DNA from: Trichosphaerium sp. ATCC 40318
Taxonomy: Eukaryota > Protista > Tubulinea
Direction of reading: 5' to 3'
DNA: 64,000 nucleotides
Assembly: GCA_038496445.1 (NCBI GenBank)
Contig: JALMLS010000355.1
Location: 31,008-95,007, forward strand
Shown here: piece after piece, positions 13,365 to 27,989 of the stretch
Numbering within the stretch: the stretch's first letter is position 1
Layout of the letters: each line of letters starts with the position of its first letter
Position numbers and translations under genes: made by a program
The notes under the pieces: model-generated
The model's input: the letters and a program-made list of their open reading frames with translations, nothing else
Told to the model about the DNA's origin: nothing
Database searches by the model: none

Positions 13365-15437
13365 ATGTATCTTCTCCTTGTTGCGTTTGCCGTAGTTCCA
13401 TTCATAGTAGCAGTATTGCTGTACACAAGGCATAAAGTACGTTAATGGATTCAACAGAAAAGAGCTTACTCCCGTCAGTTGTACCTCAACAATAGACCTT
13501 GTAATGGACCTCCAGGCCTCCCAATCATTGGAACGCTGGCAACAGACTTCAAAAATAAAGAGAGGTATTTAGACTATCTGGGTGACCTCAAGGATGAGGT
13601 AAGTACAAAAAAGAACATAGCTTTCTTAGTTGGCCTTCTTTTTTCCTAACACGTGTTGATGCTTACTATTAATAGTATGGCTCTGAAATATTCCTTTCAA
13701 ATCTGTTTATGGAGGGTGTATTGTTGCTTCAACCAGAGGATGTAAAACATATACTCTACAGTAACAACAAAAACTATACAAGACAAGGTACGCATAGGCA
13801 CACTTAGCTATTGTTTTTGTAGTCTTTTGCTATCACTTAATGATTGCTCATGATGTCCGTAGGTATGAATAAGAATTACTTCTGGTTCAAGTGGCTTGGC
13901 GCAGGCATTTTCAATGCATGGGGAGCTAACTGGAAAGAACAGAGGTGAGCTCAAGAGATTGAAAAAAACCACTTACAATTTGTAGGAAAACAGCAAGACC
14001 TCTTTTTCATAAGCTTGTACTGAAAGAGATGATGCCTCAGTTTAGAGAAAACGCAAGAAAAGTGATAGATATACTTAACGATCATGTCAAATCAGGAAAG
14101 TCTATTGATATACAGGATTTATACTTTCGTTATACACTGGATACTTTTGGGAAACTCGGATTTGGTGAAGATCTCAATTCTCTTAGATCTAAACCAGAGT
14201 TTGCCTCATGTTTTGACAAGACACAAGAGTTTGTGGCATCTTCTTTTACAAACCCATTCCTGATTGTACGTCCATAGACACCACTGCTTCTGAGCGCTAA
14301 TTGTTGGTGTAGTACACAGGGAAAACTGAGTTTGAAAAGTGCATAGCGACTATAGAAAAGGCTGTTTATGGTTTCATTTCAGATAGAAGAAAGTTACCAC
14401 GTGAAGAGTTATTAAAACGAAAGGTAACAATATGATTAGTGAACATTAAAGCCCAAATATTGCTTTGTCTTCAAGGCGTTTAAGCAAGTGTTTAATTGTG
14501 TTTTGTTAGGATTTGTTATCAAGATTTATGTGCCTACGGGACGACGATGGTGAACCTTATTCAGACAAATACCTCGTGATATTTTTATGAACTTCTTAAT
14601 AGCAGGCAGAGGTAAGTTCCAGTGACAGTTCTCATACTTTTATGAGCTTTTTTGTGACCTCCTTTCTACAGACACTACAGCTGTATTGATGTCATGGTTT
14701 ACTTACTGTATCGCTCTCAATCCGAAGTGTTTAAAGGAAATAGAAAAAGAGATTGATATGAAGTTCCCAAACAACATTGAACCAGATAGCGCAGTGTACC
14801 AAGACATGCCTGTTCTCAGAAATGTATACTTTTAGTACACAATCTTCAGCTGCTTATCGTCTCATTAGACTATTCAAGAAACTCTGCGTATGTATCCTCC
14901 AGTACCACTAAACGGAAGATTTGCGATCAATGACGATGTTCTTCCAAGTGGTGTAAAGATCAAAGCGGTACGCAAATCAAGAGTACACTCTGTATACAAT
15001 AGTTTGAAGTTGACGTATTTTATAGGGTTTGAGAGCCCGCACGTGTACATATTTAATGCACCGTGACAAAGAGTGGTGGAGTGAACCAAATACTTTCAAG
15101 CCAGGTAAACCATTAACACATGATGGATTGTTTATTAACGAACTCTGTTTATAGAACGTTGGGAAGACCCTAATCTATTAAAGCATCCGTTTCAGTTTGT
15201 ACCTTTCCACGCAGGTCCACAAATATGTATGACATTTACTGAAACATGTGACAGGATTTTAAGATTTGTTTAGGCTTAGGGAAAGGTTTGGCTTTGATGG
15301 AAGCAAAGACACTTCTTATAATGATATTTCAAAGATTTAAAATACAGTTATCACCTGAGCATCTAGTTGTACCTAAAGCGAAAGTAATCCTATTCTCAAA
15401 AACAGGTATCAAAGTTAATGTTAGCAAAAGACTTTAG
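13365..15437 (+). CDS. Cytochrome P450, CYP86/CYP704-like; apparent frameshift near 14572
   Basis: N-terminal TM anchor, GPPGLPIIG, LGAGIFNAWGANWKEQRKTARPLF, FMNFLIAGR|DTTA (I helix), ETLRMYPPVP (ExxR), FKP|ERW, FVPFHAGPQIC|LG (heme). Confidence 0.9.
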
Positions 15438-15799
15438 AATAATAAAGACACCATGCTGTGTTCAAGCTATTTCGAACTGAGTGCTTTAAGTGATATGTCA
15501 AGATATGGCTTAAAAGTAAACGATCTAATCCTTGTTCAGTTTCCTTAGCCCTTGTATTTGTATCATTTTCTTTTCGTTGTCAAAAACTTTCATCAAAAAT
15601 CCAGATTGACTGATAAGGAAACTCTTTGAATACTGGCCAGGTCGATGCGCTACAAACTCGAAAACAGCTACCCAACATTACGGTCTTAAACGTAGACATA
15701 GACTTAATAGACAAAACATTCATTCATTCCTAATACTTGTTATTGGCTTTAGTACTACAAGTAGTTATGTACAATATATTTTTTATTTTTGGTTTGGGT

Positions 15800-17803
15800 T
15801 TAAATAGATGGTGGTATCCAAGGTTTGCCAACACCTATCCTACGAATTGGTTTGGTAACTTCTCTTACAATTTTTCTCTTAAATAATTTGGTTGCCAATG
15901 CTACCAATTTCCTGTAAACACGTGTTAGCTCAAAGGAAACCAACATAAAAAGCAAAAATAGTAAACAATAAGTAGTCTCAAGCAAGATAATGACGAAAAG
16001 AAAAAATTGTTTTGAGTTATTTGTACCTTTGTAAAGTCTTTTTACTTCGTGCTTTAAATATTGATAGATCCCAATCAAAGCGAGGATATATTAATTGCAA
16101 GCATTCAGGAAAAATCTGTCGTGATAATCCAGAGAAACAAGAATTATATTGCCTCATCTGATCATAAGAAACACGATACCAATCCGCTGCATGTTTTATT
16201 CCTATTTCCTTCTCGCAATCTTTAATAAAAGTAAGCTTGTTGGTACACACTTCACCATACAATTTGTATGAATCGTGTATAAAAATCACGTGATTCATCA
16301 ATTTTTCGTGGGTGTTATCAAAGAAAACTTTTCCGCCTTTTTGGCAAAAAACCCCCGACTTTTTACATTGGATTATTACTTGGACGATACTCATCCGATA
16401 TCACGTGGTTTTTTAAAGTTGTGGGAGTAATTGAACTAGAAAATAAGTGCTTACTCCTTAGAAATGAAATTATATTCTCATTTTTCTTCCAGCAATCGAT
16501 AGATAGGTTCCTGTAATAATAAAAAATTATTTTTTAATGGTTTTTGAACAAAATAAAATTTGTACCTGAAACGCCACTCCTCCCATGGATGATGTGGATA
16601 TAATGTTGTTACAGCTCTGACGAATGAACCATCATACCTTGTTCATAAAGAATTAAGACAAAAGAAAGGAACAAAGCGGTTAATATGAAACTCACCTGGC
16701 ATAAACAAGGGTAAATTCTCCATGCTTTATGAGCGCTGCACCATTACAATCATACCAATCATCTAGTATTTTGATATTCATAGCTTCAGCCATAGTATTC
16801 ATTTTACGATGTTGATGTGTCATATCTTCCCAACAGTTCGATGGAGAGTTACTGCAGAAAGCAAAAAGTAAGCGCTAGACAAAAAAAATTTACGCAAAAA
16901 CTATGAATTGTTGAGGCAACGGTGGCCTTTATAATATGGAACATACGTGAAAAGGTAAGGTATAAAATCATATTCTGGGTATATCTTAATTAAAGCCTGA
17001 TAAATGGAGTAGTTATAGCTAGACAAAGTAAGTTCATCGAGCTTTCTTATTTTATTCTGATTTTTTTTGTTTTCATTTATTCACGTACTGGTATTTCATT
17101 ACTGCCTCACTTCCGTATGTATGGAAATCCTTCATTGATACATCATACCATTGATCAAAAGTCTTTACACCCATTAATTTTCCGATACCTTCAAAGAAAG
17201 TTTTATGATTTTTAATATCGTTCCAATATTTCTGAGGTACTTTTCTATCACGTGTATTGTTAACAACAAAAATATATAAAAAGAATAGATAAAATTCCTG
17301 CTCAAACAAGTACGTAGTACAAGATACTGGCAAATTATTTCTCCAGCAGCAGTCGTTGCCTCAAAAAACTTAAATATTCGCATTTTTCAAAAAATTACTC
17401 CTGTCGCAACAGATGCCAAAACAGTTGGCTTTCTTTATGATTTTTAATAACGTACACAAAACGCCATGGTTCCCATTTATGTTCTGGGTAAATATCCGTC
17501 AATGTTTGGAACATAGAACCGTTAAATCTGAACGTAAAAAAAAATGTAAGAAAAAAGCGTGTCATCAAAATATTTGTTTCTATAAACGAACATAGCCTAT
17601 TGGTAAGGCCGTTTAAGTGGTTTTGGCGTTCTTTTAGCGATGTTTAGGGTCTGTGACGTACTTTGATGATACAAACGCTCCTCCATATTTGTTAGAGTGG
17701 AAATTAGTGACCTATACCAGTCTTCTGCGATTTTAACGCGTAATTGTGGCGCGAGGATTCTGTCAACAAAATATCGTTCGGCAACCAGTGCTCTGAGGTT
17801 CAT
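15800..17803 (-). CDS. Protein or pseudogene made of W..N.K.F...G..LG.K...DWY.V repeats; frameshifted in the 5' part
   Basis: Repeated exons: KYWNDIKNHKTFFEGIGKLMGVKTFDQWYDVSMKDFHTYG, GSMFQTLTDIYPEHKWEPWRF, IGIKHAADWYRVSYDQ, LQLIYPRFDWDLSIF. The DWYR->VTNFHSNKYGG continuation at ~17710 needs a frame change. Boundaries approximate. Confidence 0.55.
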
Positions 17804-18003
17804 ACGCGTCTCGCTATAGCATAAGCATATATGCGCTAATTTTCAGGCAAATCAAGTATATTTTGATTTGATGCTTGTCAATTAATGTACCAATGCTACG
17901 ACAAGCGTTATACTATCAGTTACAATCACAAAAGAACGGTTTTGACTGTGAACGCTACAACTTGCTCTGTAAATGCTCTAAAAGAGCGTGTCATTGGCGT
18001 TTA

Positions 18004-19406
<1,403 letters not shown>

Positions 19407-19635
19407 AGACAAAACCAAAACTGCAGAACTAGAAACTAGTTACCTTGTAAAGCTCATTGACTATTTTGACGTTGCAATAAAACCGCAGTAGTTGTAAACG
19501 CCTAAACATTATGATACCGTTTGGCTGCTTTCTCAGGTTATTGCAAATTCTTCGACACACGTGAGAACACTTAAGTGATGCTAAGTTGTGAATCAAAAAG
19601 AAATCAGTTACAAAAAATCAAACGAAGCATAAAAG

Positions 19636-21216
19636 ATGTCAAACGATATGAAATTGTTCAAAGGGTTCACAACCAAAAACTACGCCGACCAAGGCAAAGC
19701 TTTTCTAAACGTACGCATGAAACAAATCCTTCAAACTTTCTTTAGTTGTTAACTTCAAGCCTCTTCTCACTGTATACGAATAGGCTTACTGGGGAGATTG
19801 CGGTGGTATGTCTAAAACAGCGCGAAGAGCAGGTAGAAATGTATAAATACTAAACTTTGATTATAGAGAGTGCTGAGAAGGTTTGGAATATTGTAAACAA
19901 GTTTGTAGAGCTAGACTTGGATAAGGCTGAAAACGGTTGTGACTTGGATGAGTTCAAGTACGCTTTATAATATCTTCTTTCGCTTGAATTAATCAATATA
20001 TAGCGCCCACAGAGTGTTGGAGTTCTTTGGCACGTTTTTTTTCTAATGTCCACGTTTTTTTTAACGACGTCCCACCTGTTTTGTTTCGAGACCGACAAGC
20101 GCTTATACTTGCGTAGGAGAAACCAAAACAGTGAAGGAAATGAGAGAGGTACCGTTTTGTTTTTTTTTCGTTATTTTAAGCAAGATCACGTGTGGGAAAA
20201 TGGTAAATTAAATCCTCTTGTAGGAGCTCCTCAAAGCTGATTTGGATTTTAACAAGAGATTGGCTGTTATCGAGTATTGTCTCTGGTCTAACGGTAAAAC
20301 CGTTTCAGAGTTTGTAAAACGCCCTCAAGTATGTGCACAGCTTTTAGTAGAAGATAGGGTTCATTTTAACTTTTAAAAAAGGGCGAGAGTGACGCCATCA
20401 AGAAGGCTCAAGAGATGCTTAACCAAGTGCTTGTAGCACTTGAAGATGCTAAAGCAAAGGCAGCAATAGCAAAAGAAAAACTTGCTGAAGCTGTGTCATG
20501 CGAGAAACAAGCAAAAGCTGATTTAGAAGAACAAAAGGCAGCGTTAGCCGAGGTTCAGGTATGAGCAGTTGGTTCAGTTTTTTTTCTCTCGTAATTACTC
20601 ATTTTGTTCAATAGCAACTTGAAGACGCCTACAACAAAAAGACAGAGAGTCTCAAAGCCAAAACTGAAACAGGTGGTGTTGTTACAAGAAATAGGGCAAA
20701 GAATGAGCTCGCTCAACATTTAGCAGGTAACGTCAAATTTCTCTCAAATTGTCATATATTTACGAATTATTAGAGGATCCGTTACCTCTTCGTACTGCAA
20801 AGATTTCAAACGAAGCTGCTACCAGAAAAGCAGGTACTTGAATCTGATAGTGGCTACATTATAATAATGCCTTTCCTTTTAGAAAAGTCAACTGCTGCAG
20901 CCGTAGCAGCAAGAGAATCAGCCGAAGCAGCTAAAAAAGAAGTACATATTTACTTCCCTGTTACGTGGAATGTGCACTAACAGTTTTTAGGCTGATGATG
21001 CTGTTGCAACAATGCAACAAAAGATGGCGGAGGCTCAAGCAGCGCTTGATGATGCTAAAAAAACTGGTTGTGGTCAAGGCAATATTTGGGCACGTGCTCT
21101 TTTTTTTTTTTTGTTGTGTTTTTTTGACTAATTAAATACACTAGTGGATTGAAAGACAACTAACAGAAGCCAAAAAGTATATGCCAATGAGCAAAGGAGG
21201 TATTTCCAAAAAATAG
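19636..21216 (+). CDS. Protist 'TolA-like' / 34-kDa actin-bundling protein (ABP34)-related coiled-coil protein
   Basis: QGKAFLN|AYW, DLDEFNAHRVLEFF|GETKTV, DLDFNKRLAVIEY, Ala/Lys/Glu-rich coil, EDPLPLRTAKI, GNIW|WIERQLTEAKKYMP. Resembles Dictyostelium ABP34 motifs FLNAYW and GAIWWM, recalled from knowledge and not searched. Confidence 0.8.
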
Positions 21217-21484
21217 ACTTTTTGAGAACCTTTTGCAGTTGGATGTTTGATGTAACACCTATAAAACGTAATTAAATAAGTAAGTTTATGTTCTACCAAA
21301 AAGGCTTTAATTCTGAGAGTACTTTTTCTTTTTTCTCTTTTCTTGTTTGCTGCATACGGTACCATTCTGAATACACTCAACCATGAGATTAATTACATCT
21401 TGTTTGCACAACAATGGTACAGAGTGCTCTGTGGTCGTTTCAGTTCGATTAAAACACAATATTGTTTTTGATTAGATAGATATT

Positions 21485-22471
21485 TTATTGCGGTACAATT
21501 TCGACACTATCGCCAACGTAGTGTAGATTCACATGTAAACGCCACTTCCCTGTTGGAACAGGTATGCTAATTTTTACTTGCGACTGCTCCAAAGAAAGAA
21601 CATTGTTTTTGAGTACCATGGTAGCTTTCCCAGTGAAAAGTTGTGTAGTAGTTGTTGAAACTGGACTTCCCTTGATGAACTTTTTATCTCTGGTCCAACC
21701 GTACGTATCTGAAGAATACGAATTTTTGGTAGGCTTCGTTGCTGCTCTTACTATACCGACAAACATCCAGCTATTAGTACAATGTATTTTAAGAGTCCAC
21801 ACAGCACTGTCTTCAACAATATTTGTACCAAAAACAGCTGAATGACCATCCACACGTTTAGAAGCACGTTGTGGAGTTACAGTAATGTTACCAGCACATA
21901 ATGTTGAGGAGAAGCTATCAATCGCATGTTGTGTAATTTGTATTCCGAGGTAGTCTACAAGTACAGCAAAATCTTCGTCTACTTGCTTGAGTTTGCTTAC
22001 TTTTGGAAGATTCGGCATTTTTTCTCCTTTCATGCTGGCTGCTCTAAGAGAATCCAGTATTACATCGAAATGTCTTGGATTTATGTCTAGAAATACTCTG
22101 CCGTCCTCGTCTAGGGTATGCTTGTCTTCCCAGCGCCCACTGAACATTATTTCGAGCAGCGAGCCTGGAATCATGCAAAGTGTGCGTCGCGTTGTAGACA
22201 CGAAGGTACCACCGATGTTTAGCTTGATAATATCTGATTTGCTCGTTTTTCCTGCCATGAGCTTCTTTTCGTCCTCAAATTGCTTTAAACGTTCTTCTAG
22301 CTCTTTAGCTTTCTCCGAGCAAGTTTCTTTTTGTGTTTTTAGTTCGTTGCTGAAAGATTGATACAATGAATCAAGTTTTGTGTCTGTCATGCTATGCTTT
22401 TTAGAAGAATGAATTGTCGAACCGTTGACTTGACTTAACCACCTAATCAACTTACTTGGTTTTACCGGCAT
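21485..22471 (-). CDS. Intronless coiled-coil + BTB/POZ (KCTD-type) + beta-rich (SPRY-like) protein
   Basis: IIKLNIGGTFVSTTRRTLCMIPGSLLEIMFSGRW..GRVFLDINPRHFDVILDSLR; C-term WTLKIHCTNSWMFVGIV..YGW. Likely start MTDTKLD (~22390). Confidence 0.85.
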   Translation of the reverse strand: MPVKPSKLIRWLSQVNGSTIHSSKKHSMTDTKLDSLYQSFSNELKTQKETCSEKAKELEERLKQFEDEKKLMAGKTSKSDIIKLNIGGTFVSTTRRTLCMIPGSLLEIMFSGRWEDKHTLDEDGRVFLDINPRHFDVILDSLRAASMKGEKMPNLPKVSKLKQVDEDFAVLVDYLGIQITQHAIDSFSSTLCAGNITVTPQRASKRVDGHSAVFGTNIVEDSAVWTLKIHCTNSWMFVGIVRAATKPTKNSYSSDTYGWTRDKKFIKGSPVSTTTTQLFTGKATMVLKNNVLSLEQSQVKISIPVPTGKWRLHVNLHYVGDSVEIVPQ

Positions 22472-22628
22472 GTTTTTATGTTTCGCCTTGACAATACTTG
22501 TCTCCCAACCACGTTGATAATCTTCTTGAGCAACACATCAACGGAAAAGTGAAGCAAAAGCACATTATTCAATATGACTGTTTTTTTGGTAGGGTACGCT
22601 AGGTGTTGCCAATTAAGTCATTTTAAAG

Positions 22629-23901
22629 ATGGATACGTTACTTCCAGAGCTAGTTATAGTCATTATAGAACAGTTGTCCCTGTACGATATACACAGGGCT
22701 GGGTTGGTAAACAAACACTGGCAGAAAGCGGCAACGAATGATTTATTTTGGCAAAAACTCTGCGTATCACGTGGGTGGCTACGAAAGTCGAACGTATTTC
22801 CTCATTTTCGTTTTTTTTGCGAAATTAAATCTGGAGCTTTTAATTAATTTACAGGAGACCACCTGGCGCGCTTTCTACAGTGACAAGTATAAATGTTATA
22901 CCGTATATGCTCCTCTTATTACAGCATCAAAAAAAGAAACGGAGAAAGCGCTAAAAGACAACAACAGAGGTGTACACATGCTACACATAGCGTCGACGTA
23001 CTCGGGGTATAGTTTATCCAAAATTGCCCGCATTGTCTTTTATTTAATTAGCACATTATATCTTTACGTTATCACGTGATTGACAACACACATAGGGCGA
23101 TACGTAGTTGGCAAATAGCTCCAGCCGTAGCCAGAAAGATATCGCGACTTGAGTTGGAGACAGTGCTCGCTGTGCCTTACGAGAAGCTAGTTCGTACATT
23201 AGATATACATAAGTTATACTTATACGCCACTAGATCAGTGCGATGCTTGATGTAGAAAATAGGCACGCTTGGGATAAAACTGTTACTTCAGGAAGAGTTG
23301 TAAATAGGCTTGATAGTAACAATTGTATTGCTCACTATGTTCACTTTGGTACGCTCTCTATAAAGGATTTATTGGTTTTAACTACCATCAGGTATAATAC
23401 ATACACTCGAGATGCGCTCTGTACAATATATAAACAATGGTATAACTATGGTGACCTCTACAAAACTGTTTTTGTCTTACATTTTTATGATACAGGCAAC
23501 ACTTTTCTTATTTCTGAACAATCTGTAAATTCTCACCCTGATGTTCCTCATGTTACCCTTCCAGGAAAAGAAATGCTTAAATTTGCATGTAAGTTATTAG
23601 ACGAAAACGTGGGTGAGTACTAACTGTTTACGGAAAAGGTTATAGGATACAAAAACTAACAGAGAAGTTGTGCAAATTTAGATATATAGTCCAAGCTTTC
23701 TATGCATTATATGACCCTCAAACGTTTAAGAACATTAGAATAAAAGCAATATGTAAATTGGAGAAGATTTACGGAGCTCAGAATATAAAAGAAAGCAACC
23801 ATCATGGCACATATGATCAGAATCGCATGCTTTCAATTTTCAAAATAGATTATCCTCCCAATACTGAAGACTCCTCTCTAGCAATAGACTCCCATTTCTA
23901 A
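22629..23901 (+). CDS. F-box + START-like domain protein (copy 2)
   Basis: MDTLLPELVIVIIEQLSLYDIHRAGLVNKHWQKAATNDLFWQKLC (F-box); RLELETVLAVPYEKL|ISAMLDVENRHAWDKTVTSGRVVNRLDSNNCIAHYVHF (START-like). Confidence 0.75.
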
Positions 23902-24385
23902 TTTTATTTCCTCGCAAGAAGTGTTTGTACATTAGTATTAAATAATGTTTTAAAAAGGTATTCCTGTACGTCAATTTAGTGAAAAATCAATATTTGCTAA
24001 AAAAGCATCGTTAAAAAAGACTTTAATACGATAAGTCTGAGGTAGTATAAGGTTCATAACAAATGGGCCACTGAAATGTCAATATAAGGGGTTGTGTTTA
24101 TAGATTCAAATAAATTGTAAAGTATTGTAGAATTTAGCGAAAGCAAACACAAAACTTTTTATCAAATTTATTTCAGTTAAAATTAGTACATTGTAATGCA
24201 CAAAGCACTGAAGCTGTAATGGTTCGTTTTTTTATTATAACGATTGCTGACAATGTTGCATGTAGAAACAAAGCAAGAGAGGTAGTATAAACATTGTATT
24301 CAGAACCAAAGAGCGAGATCGGTATTATGAGAGCTCAAATACATGTTTAACTGTTAAATCGGATGTATACATTCATTATAAAGCA

Positions 24386-27300
24386 ATGAGAGGCGAATAT
24401 ATTAATACTTTGTCGAATCTATCACCAACGGACTCAAACTCCGGCACAGATTTAACAGACGCGAAAAGACACGCTTTTATACAACAATTCGGAAAATGGG
24501 TGGAGTACAAGCTTAAGAAGTCAGGATACCTTAAAGACAGCGCAATGTACGGGAAGACAACCTTGCTGATGTACTCAACTGATTTTGTTCGTTTTAAAGG
24601 TGTTTGTATAAAGCAACATGGAATGACAACAACCTGAAAAGAAGCCATCAGGTTTATTGTAAGAGAAATGGTCCTTATGTAAGACATGCTCTTGTTAAAT
24701 TACGTGTGCTTGGGAACTATAAAGTACCACACTTTGTTATCATGGCGACACGTAATCCTGAGTTATTGTAAGTGATTTATTGACCTGGTAGTCATGAGCC
24801 AAATATCTTGGTTTTTTCCTTTCTTTTCGGAGTTTGTTTAATAGCTTGGTAGGTTCTGTACAGAAACCTTATTCGAGCGCCTTTCCGCTAGTTGGGTATT
24901 GTCGAAGAGAAAAATAAGGGTTGGTGATGAATACTGGATTGTCATAGACTATGTTGCTCTTAGTACAACCTCTTATTTTCTTATTTTTTTCTTATTTTGA
25001 TGGTAGTTTTGATACAAGCTTTGGGACTTCGTAATACTCCTAGAATACAGTTCCCAGTAAAAAATATAACATTAGAGGTAATAGAAAGAGTAGCAGTTGT
25101 TTTTTAAGATGGATTTACAGGCAAGCTTTGGTAGAAAGTATAAGGTAGTAGCTCCCCAATTTAGTTGTAGAAGACGTCTTAACTTTGTTACTCAAGAATA
25201 TGTACGCCGCACTCCTTTTGGTCTTTTTCAGATCTTATTACTACCTATTAGAGTAACTATGGATATGCTCCATATGTACCAAGTATCCTACCGCATCTTA
25301 AGGTGTCTGAGAAGAATGAACGTATTGCTGTACTCACAAAATGTGCAAAAGGCAACTCCTATCGAAAGTACGAGCGTTTGGCTGATAGCATGAAGGTCCA
25401 AAAAGGCCGTTTTGCTGGATTGTATCCTTTGAATTACGCTAACAACGATTAAGAACCCTTTTACTTGTTCCCTTAACGTTTTCAAAAGAACAATTACACA
25501 AGCACGTGAACAAGCATTTTCTTTGGTGAAAGATCCAAATATTCCTGAGTTTTATTGTACGCCTATGTCATTACAATCGGCCGACTTAAATCCCTCTAGT
25601 GCCAATTGTTGCTGAAAATGATCAGTTTATGCTTAATACTGAAGGACCTTGTGTTGCATTGGAAGATGAAAGTTTGAAGAACAAAGCTAAAAAGTACCGC
25701 AACTTGAGTTTCTTGTTACATGCCATCATTTAACTCATGTTTGCTTTAGGTTCATTGATGAGCGTACTATTCATGCTAAACACAAAAGAACATTGAACAA
25801 ACAGGTTGACTTGATATGCAATGCGTCGTTAGAAGCCGTTCTACAAAGCTCTTTTCAATGCTTTATTACCCCAATGATGAAAGCACTTTCGAAGAGTATA
25901 ACTGTTGACGCTATACAACAACTTTCCGTTGATATAATTGATGCAATTATATTTGATGATGTAGTTACATTACAACCAGATTCCCTGCTAAACCCAAGCG
26001 ACATACAAGCTATGAAGCACGCTATCAAAAGGCATGTTCTATTTTGGTTTTTTTTTTGGGCTTGTTAACATTCTCTTAGTTGTCTTCCTGTACATGTAGC
26101 TTTTAGCAATTATGGATCACGCACAAAACTTCCATGATGCTTGTTCAGTTGATGTTGCATATTGCAATACTACCAGAAGTAAGCGTTTGTAGTATTTACA
26201 AAAATAACACATTGAAAAGGAATTCTTGCCAAAACAGCTAAATCTTACTATTGAACAAGAAACATTTCCTCCCAGGGAACCGAAATATGAACAATATTGG
26301 CGTTGGGAAATGGGTATGCGAAAGGTGAGGCTATTGTTTTAATCTGATTGTTATTTATTTAACTAGTCAGAGTATAATTGGTATATATGTCAACAAGTTC
26401 AACGGAAGACTGTTGCAGTCAAAACAAAGTATAAAATGATAAATAGCATGGCTTGTGAGGAAAGAGAGGTACTGACTGCTATAACAGAGGATTCTCATTT
26501 TAATGTTTATAGCCATGTTGTTGGTATGAAATACACTATGAAGAATTGATGAACAACTTTATACATGAAGCTGAAATTGCTTATGAGTTGTGCGTGTTTC
26601 TTCTTTGTTTGTATTTTTTTTTCTGTTATTTTAGTTTGACTTTGTTAGGATGAATTTCTGTATGAAGAATATTATCCTAGGTTCAATGATGCGTGTATGG
26701 AAGGTATATATGCATTTACTAAGATTCAAAGGGAAACTACCTCTAAAAAGGTATACAGGCGGAACACTCTTAAAAATGTTTTAGCGCCCTCACTTAACCT
26801 GTTGTAGATTTAAGGAACGATTTACCAACGTCATGCTAGATCTTGCAAAACCACTAATGTATAAGTTTGATAAAGAATCTGTAACAAAGTGGCCAACAAG
26901 AGGAGAAACAAATATGAGACTTATGATGGAGCACAAACGCATATTCTTTATTTTTCGCCAACATGCAAGACAAAAAAGACGTAACAATGTTATTAGTACA
27001 AGGCTTCATTGGCCAATACATAGTTGGCATAATGATTGTCTTAATTCTTTGAGAAGATTGACTTCTGTACGTTCATTATGTAAGAAGAATTAAAACGTTA
27101 ATAGTTACTTTAGAAACTTGGAAGAAAACCATCGAATTTAGAAATATCTAAAGCTCTGCTTCCTAAATACGCTAGTAAAGAAATAAGGTGGACAATTTTG
27201 GCTGGGATTATGCTCTCAAATACAACGTATGGAACAAAACCACTTGTTCATCAACCTAATACGAAGCTATGTATCATTGAGAATATGCCTGTAAGTACTG

Positions 27301-27635
27301 GTTGTTTTGACCAGAAGGAAACTGTTAGTGTTCAACTTTTCTCGCTCACGTTTTTGTAATAGGTTGAAGTCCTTGTTGCTATCTTCTGTGGTGCTCCAGC
27401 TGACTATGTCAGTATTGGTTTTACTTGCCGGTTTTGGTACGAGATTGTAAACACTTACTTGGGATCTATTTTATTCCGTGATACTTGCTCTTCGGATATG
27501 ATTAAGGGATACAAGTATTTGTGGCAAGATGTATCATGTGCTCTTCAATGGGCTTTTAAAATCCCTGTTCTTGTAGATGCAGATAACACCTGTGATACCA
27601 TATCCTTTCCTGAAGTGATTTATGAAACAAAATGA
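24386..27635 (+). CDS. Large multi-exon unknown protein with an F-box-like motif near the C-terminus; 5' boundary uncertain
   Basis: Chain of exon-like segments with GT/AG borders; terminal exons IIENMP|VEVLVAIFCGAPADYVSIGFTCRFWYEIV...EVIYETK*. Confidence 0.5.
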
Positions 27636-27989
27636 ATCACTCAACTGTACCTTTTACTTAAACAATTCAAACATGTCTACCCTTGTTAGAAAAGCTGAAA
27701 AGCTAAGTGCTACCTGGCATTGGCAATCGTAATCTGTATTGTTTGTTAAAGTTGAGGGGCGGTAATCGAAATTAAACTGCGATAAGTTCAAAAACTATCT
27801 GTAATGTTAGCACATTTTTTACACTTATCCTTTGGTATGTTAATACTGTCTGTTGTAAAACTCTGCACTTTGTGGAAATATAATGTAACACGTGGTAGTA
27901 ATTTGTGTGGCGTGGGTTACATTTGGGTAGAAAGTTTTTCCGGAGAAATTCAATCAATCTATTCATTCAATTCACTCGCAATTGTGGCA

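Noticed and set aside
21564-22361. + strand ORFs 21564-21845 and 21987-22361 (and similar antisense ORFs over the GPCR and surface genes)
   Set aside because: Antisense shadows of real coding exons with no independent motifs.
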